The notes beneath the pieces are model-generated. The model saw only the letters and a list, made by a program, of their open reading frames with translations, was not told where the DNA came from and made no database searches. Of a stretch of 64,000 bases of DNA, positions 1 to 14,132 are shown piece by piece (positions within the stretch are counted from its first letter, which is position 1; every line of letters begins with the position of its first letter). The stretch is taken from NCBI RefSeq assembly GCF_009914755.1, contig NC_060925.1; one strand, 5' to 3'. The position numbers and the translations under genes were made by a program. This DNA is from the human T2T-CHM13v2.0 reference genome, Homo sapiens.

Positions 1-1352
1 GCATATCTCTAATGTAGCCATTCCTAGACCTAAGTTAATTGTGCTAGTAAAAATATGCATATGCCTTTTTCTAATTGTTGTATAATACCGTAGATTGTAA
101 TCTCTCCACATCTTTTTCACATTTTGCACAGAAGCATTTTTTTTAAATGTAGTAAAAGACATTTCCTATTTAATTCATTGAAATATGAGCAGATTTGGCT
201 GTGTTCAAAATTTTCTCTTGACATAACTTCATATGAGAAAGTCTCTTATATGAATCCAGCCATTTTGCATAATGTGCTTAAGAGAGATTCAAATGCCAAA
301 GTGCCATGCAAATGAAATTTGCAAGTGTTAAAAAACCATAATTTTCTTTTACTTGTTCATGGGGAGAGCATTCTGATATTGCAAAATAATTGCATAAGTT
401 TCCTATAAATTATATTGTATTTTTGTCTAAAATTTGATAAACTATTATCTCAAGTTATTATTATTATATTATTTTGCAAAATAACTTCTTCAAGCAAAAG
501 TCAGCTTGGCTCTTGAATATCTGGAAGCTCTGCTTACAAATTTTACTAAAACCTGATAGCTCTCCAATATGTTCTGCATGCCATCGTTGTTATTATAGTT
601 GATTATTACCTCGTCTATTAATATATGCATGAACCTTTTCCATATGCATGAAGGAGGTGAGAAAGGCCACCTTCTAAGCTAAATGAATTAGGTTAATCAA
701 TTCTTGACCTTGGTAAACCATGGGGAAAACTTGGGTGTTTTTGCTTCACTTATGAAAATTATCTTTTGACATAGGTCAAAATTTCTTTATGCTTTAGTGG
801 AATGCTAATTTGCCAACCTAATATTAAAATTGCTGTCCTCCTCCTCATCCCAGATCCTGACTTCCTGCAGTTTTTTAGTTTGTGTCTTAAATTGAGAAGC
901 TTTAACTTTCGGTCACACGAAGAGGCAATCTTTATTATTAGAGGCCAGGGTTAATATCTAGCCAATTATGTTTATTCAATTTACACTCACTGTCCTCTTC
1001 CCCAGTGAGCTTCTTTTCTTAAAGGCTACTGAAAATGTGGGACTTTTACTCTATTCTATTCCATTTTCCCCTCTCTATGTCAATAAGATCTCAAAGCTAC
1101 ACAAATGTGTTTGTGTCTCTAACCACAACTATGGGCTGTCCTCAATAGCTTTTTAAATTTAGATTTGGGTATTAAACATCCTTTTATTTTTAATGACACT
1201 GCCAAAGTTTGCCTTTATATTTTTGGTTGGCTTTTTACATTCAGTTTAGCGGGATAATACATTTAGCAATGCTTTCTAACCTTTGCATTATGGATGAATA
1301 TCTTGCAATGTTTCCAGTGCAGCATTTACCTAAAAACTCTTCAAATCTACAG

Positions 1353-1417
1353 ATGGTGGCAGCAGAGGCAAAGGAGAACATTTCCCTTATGAACAAGAAA
1401 TCAAGTTCTTTGCAAAA
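1353..1417 (+). CDS. RYR2: RYR2 coding exon (~exon 61), 65 nt: (D)GGSRGKGEHFPYEQEIKFFAK
   Basis: Acceptor ctacAG|AT, donor AAA|GTACAG. Translation matches RyR2 and continues in frame into the next exon. Codon CAA at 1394-1396 is Q2958. Confidence 0.95.
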
Positions 1418-3760
1418 GTACAGTATACAATCTATCTTGTTTTTGCTTCAATATGTTTGTTTACATACCCTACTCATTAGATCGTTGCCCTTTTCAGAAC
1501 ATACTTGTCTACAAATGTGTATTTTACTGCACGTAAATATTCTGTGGCATGAAAATAACTGCATGAATCATCTTCCCAGCATTCTTGGTCAGACTTTAAC
1601 TCTGCATTCCCTACCGCATTCCTTCTTCAAATGACTTCATTCTATCTGAGGTTTAATTAGGTCTGCATTTTTTTTGTTTTATCATATGATATGGAATAAA
1701 AAATATCTATTTCTTAACATTTGGATATTGTTATGATTTAAAATTTCTAGTTGAGAATTTCTTTTATAAATAGGAAAGTCTGAGTTAATTCATAAATAGG
1801 CACATTATAAGAACATTTAGTACAGAATATTGTGGGACCTTAGTCCTGCTCATTTTATGGAAGATCAGAGAGGATAAATTGTTTATATACAAAATATATC
1901 CCATTGGTATTATTTATTTTGTTTCATAAGCATTTATCAGGAATTTGCTATATTACTGGAAAATTCATCACTTTTTTCAGCCAAAAAGGGATGGACATGA
2001 AGAGTTGTAAAGTCTCCGAATGATTTAATGCATTTACTTAGTATTTACTGTGTGTCTAGTGTGGGTCAGGCATTAGGGTATGGCCCAGGGATGGCCATGA
2101 ATATACAAATGCCCCTGGGTAAGCTTTCTTGTTTAGGACACCTTGCAGTGAGCCTGAAGACCTAATTACTGCTGTCTGCTTCCTTTTAAAGTACTTGCAT
2201 TCAGCGATTACAGATAATTTGCTATAAATACAACTTTTGTGGACTTTAAAATAGCATGCTTTTTGATTGATGAATATTTGACTTGTAGTATGTTTTCAAA
2301 ATTGTGTTCTTTACTGTAAAACACATTTCTGTTGTCTTTTCTTCCCATTCAATATAGCACTCAGAGTCTGTTCCAATCATTTGAAGATCCAAAGTTTGTC
2401 CTGGGGTGCACATAGTTAGCGATTCATGAATTGATAGATCCATATATATATCTCCGGTCTCTGTGAGATTGTAATCTTTCTTGATAGCCAATTATCAGAA
2501 TGCTGTATTCGCAGCCTCTAATTTTCCCTTTAAAATACATTCTTGTGTTGCCCGTATACTCAGCACCCCCGGTGCATCTGTTTACAGATGCTTAATGTGG
2601 CTTAATTTCTACTAAGTCTATAATTCATTCGTTTACCATATTGAGTACCTACTATGTTCCAGTCACTAAATTCAAGCAATGTCCCAATTGTCAAGGAAGA
2701 GCAATAAAAACTGGTGTAGTCCCCATTATATATAGCTGTGCTCTACCACATGGTAGGAAAAAGAAGTATGTTTAGATAGACATGAGTTTGAATACTGGTA
2801 GTGCCGATCTTGTTCTTGCTATGGGCCCGTCACAGTCCTTAGCACTAGGGATTCAGTGACAAACAGAAGAGACCAGTTAATAGTTCTGGAGGCCAGGAAA
2901 GGGCTATAATGGGAAACAATCCCAGAAATGTTTCTTGTTTTTGTGTAACTCATAGGCTCCTGGAAAGAGAGACTTTAATCCAAAGTCCCACGCATACAAT
3001 GTAAAATTGCAAATGATGTTATCAGAGCTCAGAATGTGGGACTTTATCTAGTTGAGATCAGCAAAGACTTAGCCGGCAAATTGCCACTGAGTTGAGATCT
3101 ACAGGAGGACCAGAGTGAATAGGATATGGAGTATGGGAAGAGCACGCCAGACAGAGGGAATGGCGTGTACGAGGCCAGGTGATGTGAGTGGACAGAGTGA
3201 GGAGGAGGAATTGGCCCAAGGCCAGCAGGATGAAACATGCGTAGAAATGGAAAGTGCACTTTAAGAAAGGCCAGGTTAAAAGAATATTGTGTAGGCAACT
3301 AAGTAGCAATGTGACCTTCGGTAAGTCACACATTTCTATGTCTCCATTTAATACCCATAATGCAGGGATGATGGCATCTACCCTACAGAGCAGTTGCTAT
3401 TATCAGTTGCAATGTTCACACATAGTAGAGACTCAACATATGGTAGTTATGGATTATTTTGGGGTCTGCTGGGCACTGAACTATGTTATATGAAAACATT
3501 GAGAATATTTCATTTTGAGAAAATAGTGAGAATAATTCCAAACTGTTGCAAGTTTGCTCTGTTCACCATAATCACATCCTGCCACTGTGGCTGGAGACGG
3601 TAGAGTGAGATTTAAGAGAGGCATACTATGACGTGCCTGGCATGGACATAAGGAGACCTGTTGCATGTGAACAGAACTCTGACTGCTCCAAAGCCTCAGC
3701 TCCCATTCATCCCCTGAAAGATTCCACTACGTAGATCTGTCTTCTTTTCCTTTCTTTCAG

Positions 3761-3882
3761 GTCGTTCTTCCTTTAATTGATCAGTATTTCAAAAACCATC
3801 GTTTATACTTCTTATCTGCAGCAAGCAGACCTCTCTGCTCTGGAGGACATGCTTCCAACAAAGAGAAAGAAATGGTGACTAG
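3761..3882 (+). CDS. RYR2: RYR2 exon (~62), 122 nt: [40 protein letters not shown](S)
   Basis: Polypyrimidine tract then ttcAG acceptor; AG|GTAAAC donor; recognisable RyR sequence. Confidence 0.97.
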
Positions 3883-5707
3883 GTAAACAGCTATAAAAAT
3901 AAGCACTGTTGTATGACTTAGGTGTATATGCAGTTGCAAAGAAAACCTGAGGACCTTGAAGTGGGGCTGTACGGAGAGTATCTGCCCATTTCCCTGGTCC
4001 GTGTCTTCATGGAAACAAATACTAGACAAAAACAGTTTCTACAAGTTTGGATATGTGTTCTAGATGTTGAGTTTCTTTATATTTTGCTGCTAAGTGTAAT
4101 GGTGGATAGAAGGATAAAATATCACTCATTTCACAATCTACACATAGAGGCCGGATATGCATCACCCTATTAGTATTTGTGATAAATGGTACTTTTGACA
4201 TTAGTTTCTTTAATGTTTCCACAAATCTGATATTTTTGCCAGCATTTATTGTTCAGAAGAAAACCCCACATATACAAATTTAATTTAAAAATAATGACCA
4301 ATGTTGGAAGAAAATGAAGTAAAGATACCTATAAAATTTCTGAAGCTTTCCCCTCTTAACAATGCTTTCTCATTTCTGTTTAAACCAAAGGGTTCTTTAT
4401 GGACTCAGTTGTGATTCTGCTGGGGATATCAGGTCCTTTTACTCAAACTTCTGCTAGAATTTAATATACATGAGAATCAATTACAGAGCAAGTTTACTTC
4501 TCTAATATTACATTGCCCAAAAGTCCATACCAAGCTTTTAGATTGTATCGGAACAAAATTTCTATAAAAGTGAATACACAGTATAAAGCAGAACACTGGA
4601 GAAAATACAGACTTTCCTTGGACTTGACGTCGATGCTGTGCTGAAAGGCAGTACGGTCTCCACCTATTAGACAGAGTGAGATGAGATTGCATACAGCCTC
4701 CGTGAGAGGGTGGAGAAGTGGAAAGATTCCTGCACTACGTAACACTGGGGAATGCAGCTGGAGTGGAATTGTCAGTTCATCTCTTTCACTTATTGTCTAT
4801 TTTACCAAGTAGCAAGTGGCCAGTCATGTGATATGGGATTGCAACAGTATAAAACATGTCCTCAAACTTCTTCAAATGATAATTTTCCTATAAAATTGAT
4901 TATAGTTAAAATAACAGCAGGAATCCATCCCAGCGGCGTGCTTTGTTTCCACAAATTGCTGCCACATGGAGAGAGGCAATGCAGTTACTTTCCAAGATGT
5001 GAATTTCCACCCCTTCCCACTTGAACATGGCCTTCCTTCCCACCTTCACTGGGAGGGAGAGCAGCTCCTCCCTCATCATTTCATAAGCACCACATCCAGT
5101 ACTCTGGGCCAGTATCCCCCTGTGGATTGTGAGTGCACGCAAGTAGCTAGAATATCTCAAGGCACCAAGTTACCCTTAAACGTCGTGAAATTGAGGACAC
5201 GTTGAAGTCTCCTACTCCTCCCTGGGTCTGTTAGCCTTTTTAAATAGGAACTTTGTTCTCAGAGGGTGTTGTTAATCTAGCTATCACTTAGTTACATAAA
5301 GATAAAATCAGAAAATAGAGAAAAATTCAAATAAATCAATGCAAATTCTGCTATTTTCCTCCTCTCCTGTCTTGTGTTTTATTATCTCCATTCAGTTTCA
5401 GCCTTACCCTTAGAACTATTCGCTGAGCCCATACTATGCATATATCGAAGCATCCAATTGTGTGTTTTGGGTATATATGATCTGTATTTGTTAATTATAC
5501 CTCTATAAAGCTGGAAAAATTTCATGGAACTATACACCAAAAAAGAAAATTGGCCCATTTACCTTGGCCAATTCTGTATCCCTCATAGAATAAATCAGAG
5601 GTACATCGCTATTTTGTGCTAGCCTCAGTTGATGTCCCTTTGGGGCTCTAGACTAACCCTAGACCACCCCTCTCTCTAATGACACTGCACCAGAATATCT
5701 TTAATTA

Positions 5708-6020
5708 TAGTCATGCACCACATAACAACATTTCAATTAATTTTGGACCACATGTATGATAGTGGCCCCATACTATATTTTTACTAATTTTTTTAGATAT
5801 GTTTAGATATACAAATACCATTTTGTTACAGTTGCCTACAGTATTCGGTACAGTAACATGCTGCACAAGTATGTAGCCTGGAGCAATAGGCTATACCATT
5901 TAGGTTTGTGTAAGTACATTCTATGATGTACTTATATCATGGTCTTATGGGAATAACAGTGAAATTGCCTAATGAGGTATTTCTCAGACTGAATCCCCAT
6001 CATTAAATGATGCATGACTG
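5708..6020. mobile_element. Tigger3/MER7-type TcMar MITE
   Basis: Terminal inverted repeats (t/c)AGTCATGC...GCATGACTG with flanking TA; typical internal sequence CAGTTGCCTACAGTATTC. Confidence 0.8.
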
Positions 6021-7070
6021 TATTTCATCTTCAGTTTTTCTTCTACTAATAGAAAAAACGTTGGTAAATTTTACTTCTCCCATTGGTATTTCCCAAAAAA
6101 AGGAGCATGTGCCATTTAAAATTCCAACACATAGAAAATGAGGTGCATAATAAAAGTAACTTATGTTATTACAGTACTTTAGTGCCAAACATAGCTAGAA
6201 TTTAACCTCAGAGAGAAAGAAAATCATAGAGGAAAATATGAATAAGGAAATGATAAATGATGGTGCATGTCTGTACAAAATGCTGTGCAGTCATTAACAT
6301 TATGATGGAGATGAGTATAATACTTTCGGAAAATGATCATGATAAAATATAAAATATATGCTCAAATAGTATTAACTTTTAAAGGGAACTTAATTTGTAT
6401 GTATAGAAAAATATTGGTAGGGTATAAACTCAATAGATAGAAAACTGGCCCTGCCACTATGAATAAATAAGCATGTCTTCATTCGCATGATAAACACTAT
6501 GATAATGGTTTTAAGTGTTTAACAGACGTGAGTAGCAATAGTTGTGTGGGTTTGAGTTAACTTTTCCACAATTAAAACCAATGTTTCCATGAGATGTTTA
6601 GATACTTCCTGGCACAAGAAATTATTATATACTGAGCATTTGCTGTATCGAAGGTCAGTACTGTCGTGTCTGGAGTATACTTTGCAGTAGCTAAATACGT
6701 GAATATGAGTATAGCCCTAGTGAAAGCCAGGCAGTAAGATGGGATTCAAAGTAAAGTAAGACCACCTTGGGTGGATATAGAGGGGCGAGAGATTTATGGA
6801 AATCAAGCCAGTCAAAGTTGATCTTGAACAACTTGTAGGTCAGAGATTAACAAAGGAACATATTTTCTAAATGTAGATAACTACATAAATAAAATGTAGA
6901 AGCTGGTAATTTAGGGGAAAGGTAGGTTATATAGATGGTAATGGATATTAACTGTCAGAATCAGGAATTTTCTTCTTAAAATTCTATCACAATTTTTTTA
7001 ACCTAATTCATTAATACTAAGAAGCTATTAAAGCTTTTTATGTGAAAGAATGATCAGAGCTTCCCTCTGA

Positions 7071-7619
<549 letters not shown>

Positions 7620-10600
7620 TAACACAGTTCCTAACTTTAATAAATTTAGAACTACAGCCAAGTAGACACGTACATATAGAGCTAACTCTACAGGAAGTTG
7701 TGATGAGTGTCAGTGGAGACATCTACAGAGTGCTGGGAATATAGAAGAGATGTAAACAGCAGCTGGGGTGAGAAACAGGGAAGAGAGAAAGTCAACATGA
7801 CTTGGCGATGAGTAATATGGCAAGTAGAAAAAGGTCCAACTTGGTGCTGAAATTTCAACTCTGGGTAGTTGGAACATTGTTGGTATCATGAATAGAAACA
7901 ACATATTTCAGAAAAAGAATCGTTTCGAAGAAGAGGTTACATTTGGTCAGGTATTTATCGGAGTATAAGGTACCCGCAGGTCATTCAGTTGGAGAAATCC
8001 AGCAGATTGGAAATATTAGCATGTGGGGTTAATTGAGAGATTAGAGCAAGAAATGACATATTTGGGGATTATCTGAACATATATATATATATATATAATG
8101 CTTGAAGCTCCGAGGAAGTAGATAAAACTGAAGGAGAGTAGAGAAAGAGGCAAAAGGTTTTGAATACCCTGGAGAATTATTACATTTACAGGGTTTTTGG
8201 AAATAGGTCTTTGAAGAACATCAAGAATGGTTAATTAGAGAGAAAAAAAAAAAATACTGTAAACAAAATCCAAGGAAGGTAAGAGTTTCACGATTTAAGT
8301 AATAAACAATGCCAAGTACTGTTGACAGAACTCCAAAAAAGAAAAGGTTATTATCTTTGCTCATTAGGGGCATTGGTGAGCTGCAAAGGAGTGTTTTAGT
8401 ACAAGACAATGAGTAAATGCTGAAGAAGTAGATGCCTTATAAATTCTGGAGAATGTTGGAAATGAGGGGAAGCAGAGAAAGGGGACAACAGTATTATAGA
8501 AAATATTTTTTAGAGAAAATATAGGCTAAAGCTTATAATAATTAATCCTTATAGTTTCTATGAATACCATGCCCTAAAAGTGGATTGCACAGGAGGGGAA
8601 AGAGTTACAATTTGCCCTCTTTGAGGACCTTGCCTTCTGTATCTGTATTTCTCTCTGGTGGCACATGTGGTGAGGAATCAGCAGAGATTGTCAAGTCCTT
8701 TTTCTCTGACAGATTTTCAGGCATTACATATAATTTGATAAATGAGACATAGAGCAGTCTGCCATTATAGCAAAACATCCTAGGTTTGGATTAATTGAGT
8801 AAGACCTAATCCTAGCATTATAAATTCTGGATCATCAAGAATATCTCAGAATGTTTCACTCTGGATACTAGAGAGGAATAGGTAAAATACATGACTTAAA
8901 ATAGATTGGAGTACAGGGATCCAAAGTATGTACAATTCTAAACTGAATTATTCTCTTTAGAAAAAGGCAGACCCTGTCTGAGTTAGCACACACAGCTGTC
9001 AGCCATAAAGCTCAGTAGATAAGGGCACGTGGACAAAGTTTCTCCTGTTTTATTGTCTTAAAATTATAGCACAAAGATAAATAAGGCAGGTCAAGGGCCT
9101 CATGACTAATCTTATGTCTAGTAGCCACTTGAATAGATCATTGTTTTAAAAATATTTTGTTCTGATAAGAAATTCCCCAAAACCTCAGATTCACTCAGAC
9201 ATTTGTAGATGAACATTTTCTTGGAAAACTACAAAATACCCTACATAATTTTCATCAATACATGAATCCACATTGTTACAGAAGTGAGGGGTGATGGCCA
9301 AAACTTACTGTAAAAGAGGTCAACCTCACAAACGTTACCTTCTCTGCTTCCCTCTCTTCCCATCCTGCCACTGATCAGCCAAGCCACTTTCATGGTATTC
9401 CATGGCTGGTCTGTATCCCTAGTCCTGGGGAGCTGCACGTTTGATCACAGCTGTTAATGCAGAGTTTTGCAAGAGAACATAGTCAGTGAGGACTTAGCTG
9501 TTCTCGTTATTGGGAAAAATCAAGCTGAGTGTGGGTGGTACTATACACATGGATCTTCAAGGTTAGATTTTCTGGGGTGAGTGCTGGCTGGGTAGAGCCT
9601 GTGCTCTCTGAGAGCTGAGAAGAGCGTGAGTAGATTTGAAAATAATGTCACTTGTATTGGTAGAGATTTGCAAATGGCCCCTGAGAGCATCTGGGTATGG
9701 ACCTCTTGCAGCCTGGGTTGGGAGCTGTACAGGAGGGCTGGATGTCAGAACGCTGACCTACTTATTTTATTGAGTTTATTTAGTTTAATGAGTTTATTCT
9801 TGGAAGAAACTCATTCTGAGCTGAGTTTTGAGGGACGAGTAGATGGGAGGATAGCATGGAAATGAGTGAAGGGTATTTCTCAAAATAGGGACCTGTGAGG
9901 ATCCCACCCAGCTGAGGCTTGGTGAAAAGAAAGGACAAACAGCAGGGATCTCCCAGGTTCAAGTGTCTGATCTGAGAGTTAGTGGATACCAGCGTTGTCA
10001 GGCTGAATGCTGAATGTGGGCAGCCATTATTTGGAATGGCTCATTGCTAATTGCCATGAAGGACTCAAAGACACAGGAACCTGCTCTGGAGCAGATAAGA
10101 AATATACTGAACTTATAGGTATCCAGAGACTTTAAGTTATCACATCTGTAATGCTTTCCTCTGAGTGATTATCAGTTGCTCAAATTCTGTTCCTACTTTA
10201 CTGTATTCAAATTCACTGGATGCTTACGTTACGTAAGGAGTGTGATCAAGGTTGGGGACGAAGGAGATTTCAAATAATAAAACATATTAAAACTTAAAGT
10301 AACATTGTATGCCCGAAGCACCATACGTCTGTTGTAAAATAAAATAATGTCCATATATATATTTTTTAAATCCAGAGTTTCAGTGGTACATTTGGGCAGA
10401 TAAAACCAAATTTTTTCCTGGTGGTTTTTCAGTAGTTATATCCTTATGGGGTTCATATAGATTGCTTTTATATTAATTAGCTTTGCTTTCAATTTTTTTT
10501 GGTTTCTTATAATATGTGCTTTTTTAACCATGTTTGTTAAAGAGATGCACTCAAAGACTCTTTCTTTAATACCTTTACTCCACATTCTGCTCAGAGAATT

Positions 10601-10765
10601 GATTCTTTCTGCGTGACATCATGTTGCTTTTTTCCGGCTCATATATCAGCTGTTTTTTTTTCTTTTTTCTTCTTCTTTTTTTTTTTTTTTTTTTTAATTT
10701 CCCCCTGTCTTTTCTACCTTCCCTTCCCCCTTCCCTTTTCTCTTTTGTTTTTCTTTTGTCTTCAG

Positions 10766-10815
10766 CCTATTCTGCAAACTTGGAGTTCTTGTCAGGCATA
10801 GGATTTCACTATTTG
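10766..10815 (+). CDS. RYR2: RYR2 exon (~63), 50 nt: (S)LFCKLGVLVRHRISLF(G)
   Basis: Very long pyrimidine tract then ttcAG; TTG|GTAAGG donor; phases 2 to 1 fit both neighbours. Confidence 0.96.
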
Positions 10816-10899
10816 GTAAGGAGACCCTTGAAAAAATACAAGCATGGCCATCACTTGGTTTTCTTTGCCATTTTTGCACTGTGTTGTGTGCTGCTATGT

Positions 10900-10933
10900 T
10901 GCATGGATGCATGTTTGCATGGCTGCATGCATG
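10900..10933 (+). promoter_or_regulatory. RBFOX-type intronic splicing element cluster (5 x TGCATG)
   Basis: TGCATG at 10900, 10908, 10916, 10924 and 10928, lying 85-118 nt downstream of the exon 63 donor. Confidence 0.7.
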
Positions 10934-12292
10934 GTCGTTGCAGGCCAAGATAAGGTCCTCGAGGTTGTTCATAAATAGCATTATGTATGGTGAAATTGAG
11001 GACTCTATCTTTTTTACACTAGTCCAAAGCATAACTGAAAGTAAAAAGACTATTATTAAAGAGCAAATGAATGAAAATGGCAGGCTGTGCCGTATTTTAT
11101 CTCAGGGGTAAAAACAAAACAAAGCCAGGCCCTTGGATTTGTGTTTGGTTACCTCTGACAGATTAAATAATGAGCTGTTATAAATCAAAATTTTAAACTG
11201 CACTTATTTTTTTTAATGCTCTTGACTACAGATTTGCATGTCTTCTGCATTCCAAACATTGGAACGTCATAGTCAAGACACTGAAGCCAAGGAGCTTCGG
11301 AGCTTCACTTGGCAAGAGTGGCTTTTCTAGCACCACTCACTCCAGGGTCAGTTTCTGTTTGTTTCTGAGAATTCACCTAGCTGGAGTCCATGTTCCAGAG
11401 CACCTGCTTCCGGACAGCCATGCAGGGTGGGCACTCACTTTCCGCAGATTTTCCCTGCCGTGGGGCTTTAGAATCTTTAGTGGCTGGTGGAATTTGTGTT
11501 TCACACTTTCCTGCATCCGATTTTATAAACTGCCGAAGAAAATGTGAACCCTTTGCTCTCTAGGTTTTGAGACAGTGTTGGAGTAATTTTAGTAATAAAA
11601 CATTGAATGTATTGCTAGAGGTATTATAAGTTCAATTCTATTTACAGGAAAAGCTAAGGATTAAAAAAATTAAGTCATTTCTACAAAGTCACAGTTAAAC
11701 TGAGGAACGGGTATATATATATACATATATATATATACACACACACACATATGCACAAATAAGTTCTTCACATTACACTTTTTGAGAAATAATAGTTTCT
11801 GGATATAGTAGGTTATTGCTATATTTGGTTTCTAGTATTATATCCAAGATTTGGTGCTCTTAAATTTAGTAATGAAAATTTATATTTCATTAAAATTGCC
11901 TGAGTTTTTACATTAATATTTCAGTTATTTAAAATCAATGGGGCAGTTATCTTTAGAATAATTTCTAGTTCACTGACTTTTGTTTAACTTCTCTTCAACA
12001 GAGAAATATTTTCATGGGCTTATTCAGGCAGGATTTTCATACACTCTTTAACCTTCTCAGAATAACAGTGGATTCAAATATTCTCCATTTGTCTTCAGCA
12101 AGTGCTATCTAATTATACATATCAGCTGCCCTTTTGCGGTCTTATTAATGATCATAATAATACTTTCTATGGTGCTATTTCTAACTTCCTGCTTATTGTA
12201 TATCCTTCTTTTCCTGTTATACCTCATATAATTTCCTTTAAAATTTTTTTGAGGTATTCCATACCTGAACTACAAAATCCTAAGAACAACTT

Positions 12293-12595
12293 GGCTAGGT
12301 GTGGTGGCTCATGCCTGTATCCCAGCACTTTGGGATGTCGTGGTGAGAGAATCACTTGAGGACAGGAGTTCAAGACCAGCTGGGGCAACATAGCAAGACC
12401 TTGGCTCTACAAAAAATAAAAATAAAAAATTAGCCAGGTGCAGTGGTGCACACCTATAGTCTTAGCTACACAGGACGCTGAGATGGATGGATCACTTGAG
12501 CCCAGGAATCTGAGGTAGCAGTGAGCTATGATCACACCACTGTACTCTCATCTAGGAAACAGAGCAAAACCCTGTCTCTAATACAAGCAAATAAA
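12293..12595 (+). mobile_element. AluJ
   Basis: Diverged dimer; target-site duplication (TSD) AAGAACAACTT at 12282-12292 and 12596-12606. Confidence 0.92.
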
Positions 12596-13153
12596 AAGAA
12601 CAACTTGATGAAAATGTATATGCATATACAACCATTTAATCATAGCTCAAGCCAAGACATAGAACGTTTCCAACATGCCAGGAGCCTCCCCTGTGTCATT
12701 TTTCAAATTATAACCATCTCCAGAGGAACTATATGTAGACTCCATTCTATGGATTCTTTTCAGCTGTTCTTGAAATTCCATTTTTGTTGAATATATCATT
12801 TAAGTTTGGTTATTGAAGATAAATGTATAATACAGTTTGTCATGCTTGTTAGGGGTGAAAAACTAGACCTTAACATTAGTTCCTTCCCTGTGTGGTCCTA
12901 GTATTTCAATTAGACATTGTGGTTTCATCCCTTAGCCTTTTAATACTATTATTTTTATTTTTAAGGGGAATTTATTGGAGACCTGGTATGTTTTCTTTAT
13001 ATCTCAAAGCGCATTTTTGCACATTTTTATATTATTAAAGTGTATGTTATTGTTTCAAATTTGCTTTGATATTTGCCTATAAAATATAAACTTCAACATG
13101 GCTTTATTAATCAAACATCTAGTACAGATTTGCCAAATTATTAGAATCTTTAA

Positions 13154-13505
<352 letters not shown>

Positions 13506-13890
13506 TAAATGTCACATATTATGGGCTGTAGATGCTAATATGACATCCTAGAGAGAATAGTGGGTTTGGAATCAGAAAACCTAGTTGTAAGTCCTATTTT
13601 TCTAACTTAACAGCTGAATGATTTGGACAAGGGACTTAAATTCTCTGAACCTGCATTTTTTCATTGTTAAAGTGGGCTAAAATACCTAATAAACCTAGAG
13701 ATCAATTTTTTGTGAAATAATTCATGTTAAAGTGCTATGTAAAGTGTAACCTTATAGTTTTCACATATAAGATGTTTCTAGTCTTATTAAAATTATTAGA
13801 TTTTATTAACTTATCTAAAGCTTATTATACTTTATTTACATAAATTACATACTAAACTAGTAGACTTAGCCCTTTAAAATACACACACAG

Positions 13891-14132
13891 GGCCAGGCAC
13901 AGTGGCTCACGCCTGGAATCCCAGCACTTTGGGAGGCCAAGGCGGACAGATCACTTGAGCTCGGGAGTTCAAGACCAGCCTGGGAAACATGGCGAGACCC
14001 CATCTCGACTAAGAATACAAAAAATTAGCTATGTCTGGTGGCATACACCTTTGGTCCCAGCTACTCAGGAGGCTGGGGTGGGAGGATTGCTTGAGCCTGG
14101 AGGGCAGAGGTTGCAGTGAGCCAACATTGCAC
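13891..14132 (+). mobile_element. AluJ-like, 3' end replaced by a CA-rich tract
   Basis: Starts GGCCAGGCAC and stops after GAGCCAACATTGCAC; TSD-like AAAATACACAC(AC)AG on both sides. Confidence 0.88.

Noticed and set aside
1209-1634. 141-aa ORF overlapping exon 61 in another frame
   Set aside because: Non-ATG start, low-complexity hydrophobic composition and no support as a separate gene.
4285-4294. MEF2-like TTAAAAATAA and other isolated transcription-factor motifs (e.g. CRE-like TGACGTCG at ~4625)
   Set aside because: Expected by chance in AT-rich intron sequence and not clustered.
9270-9980. GC-richer block that may be an ancient LTR
   Set aside because: I could not identify termini, a TSD or a family with confidence; RepeatMasker is needed.
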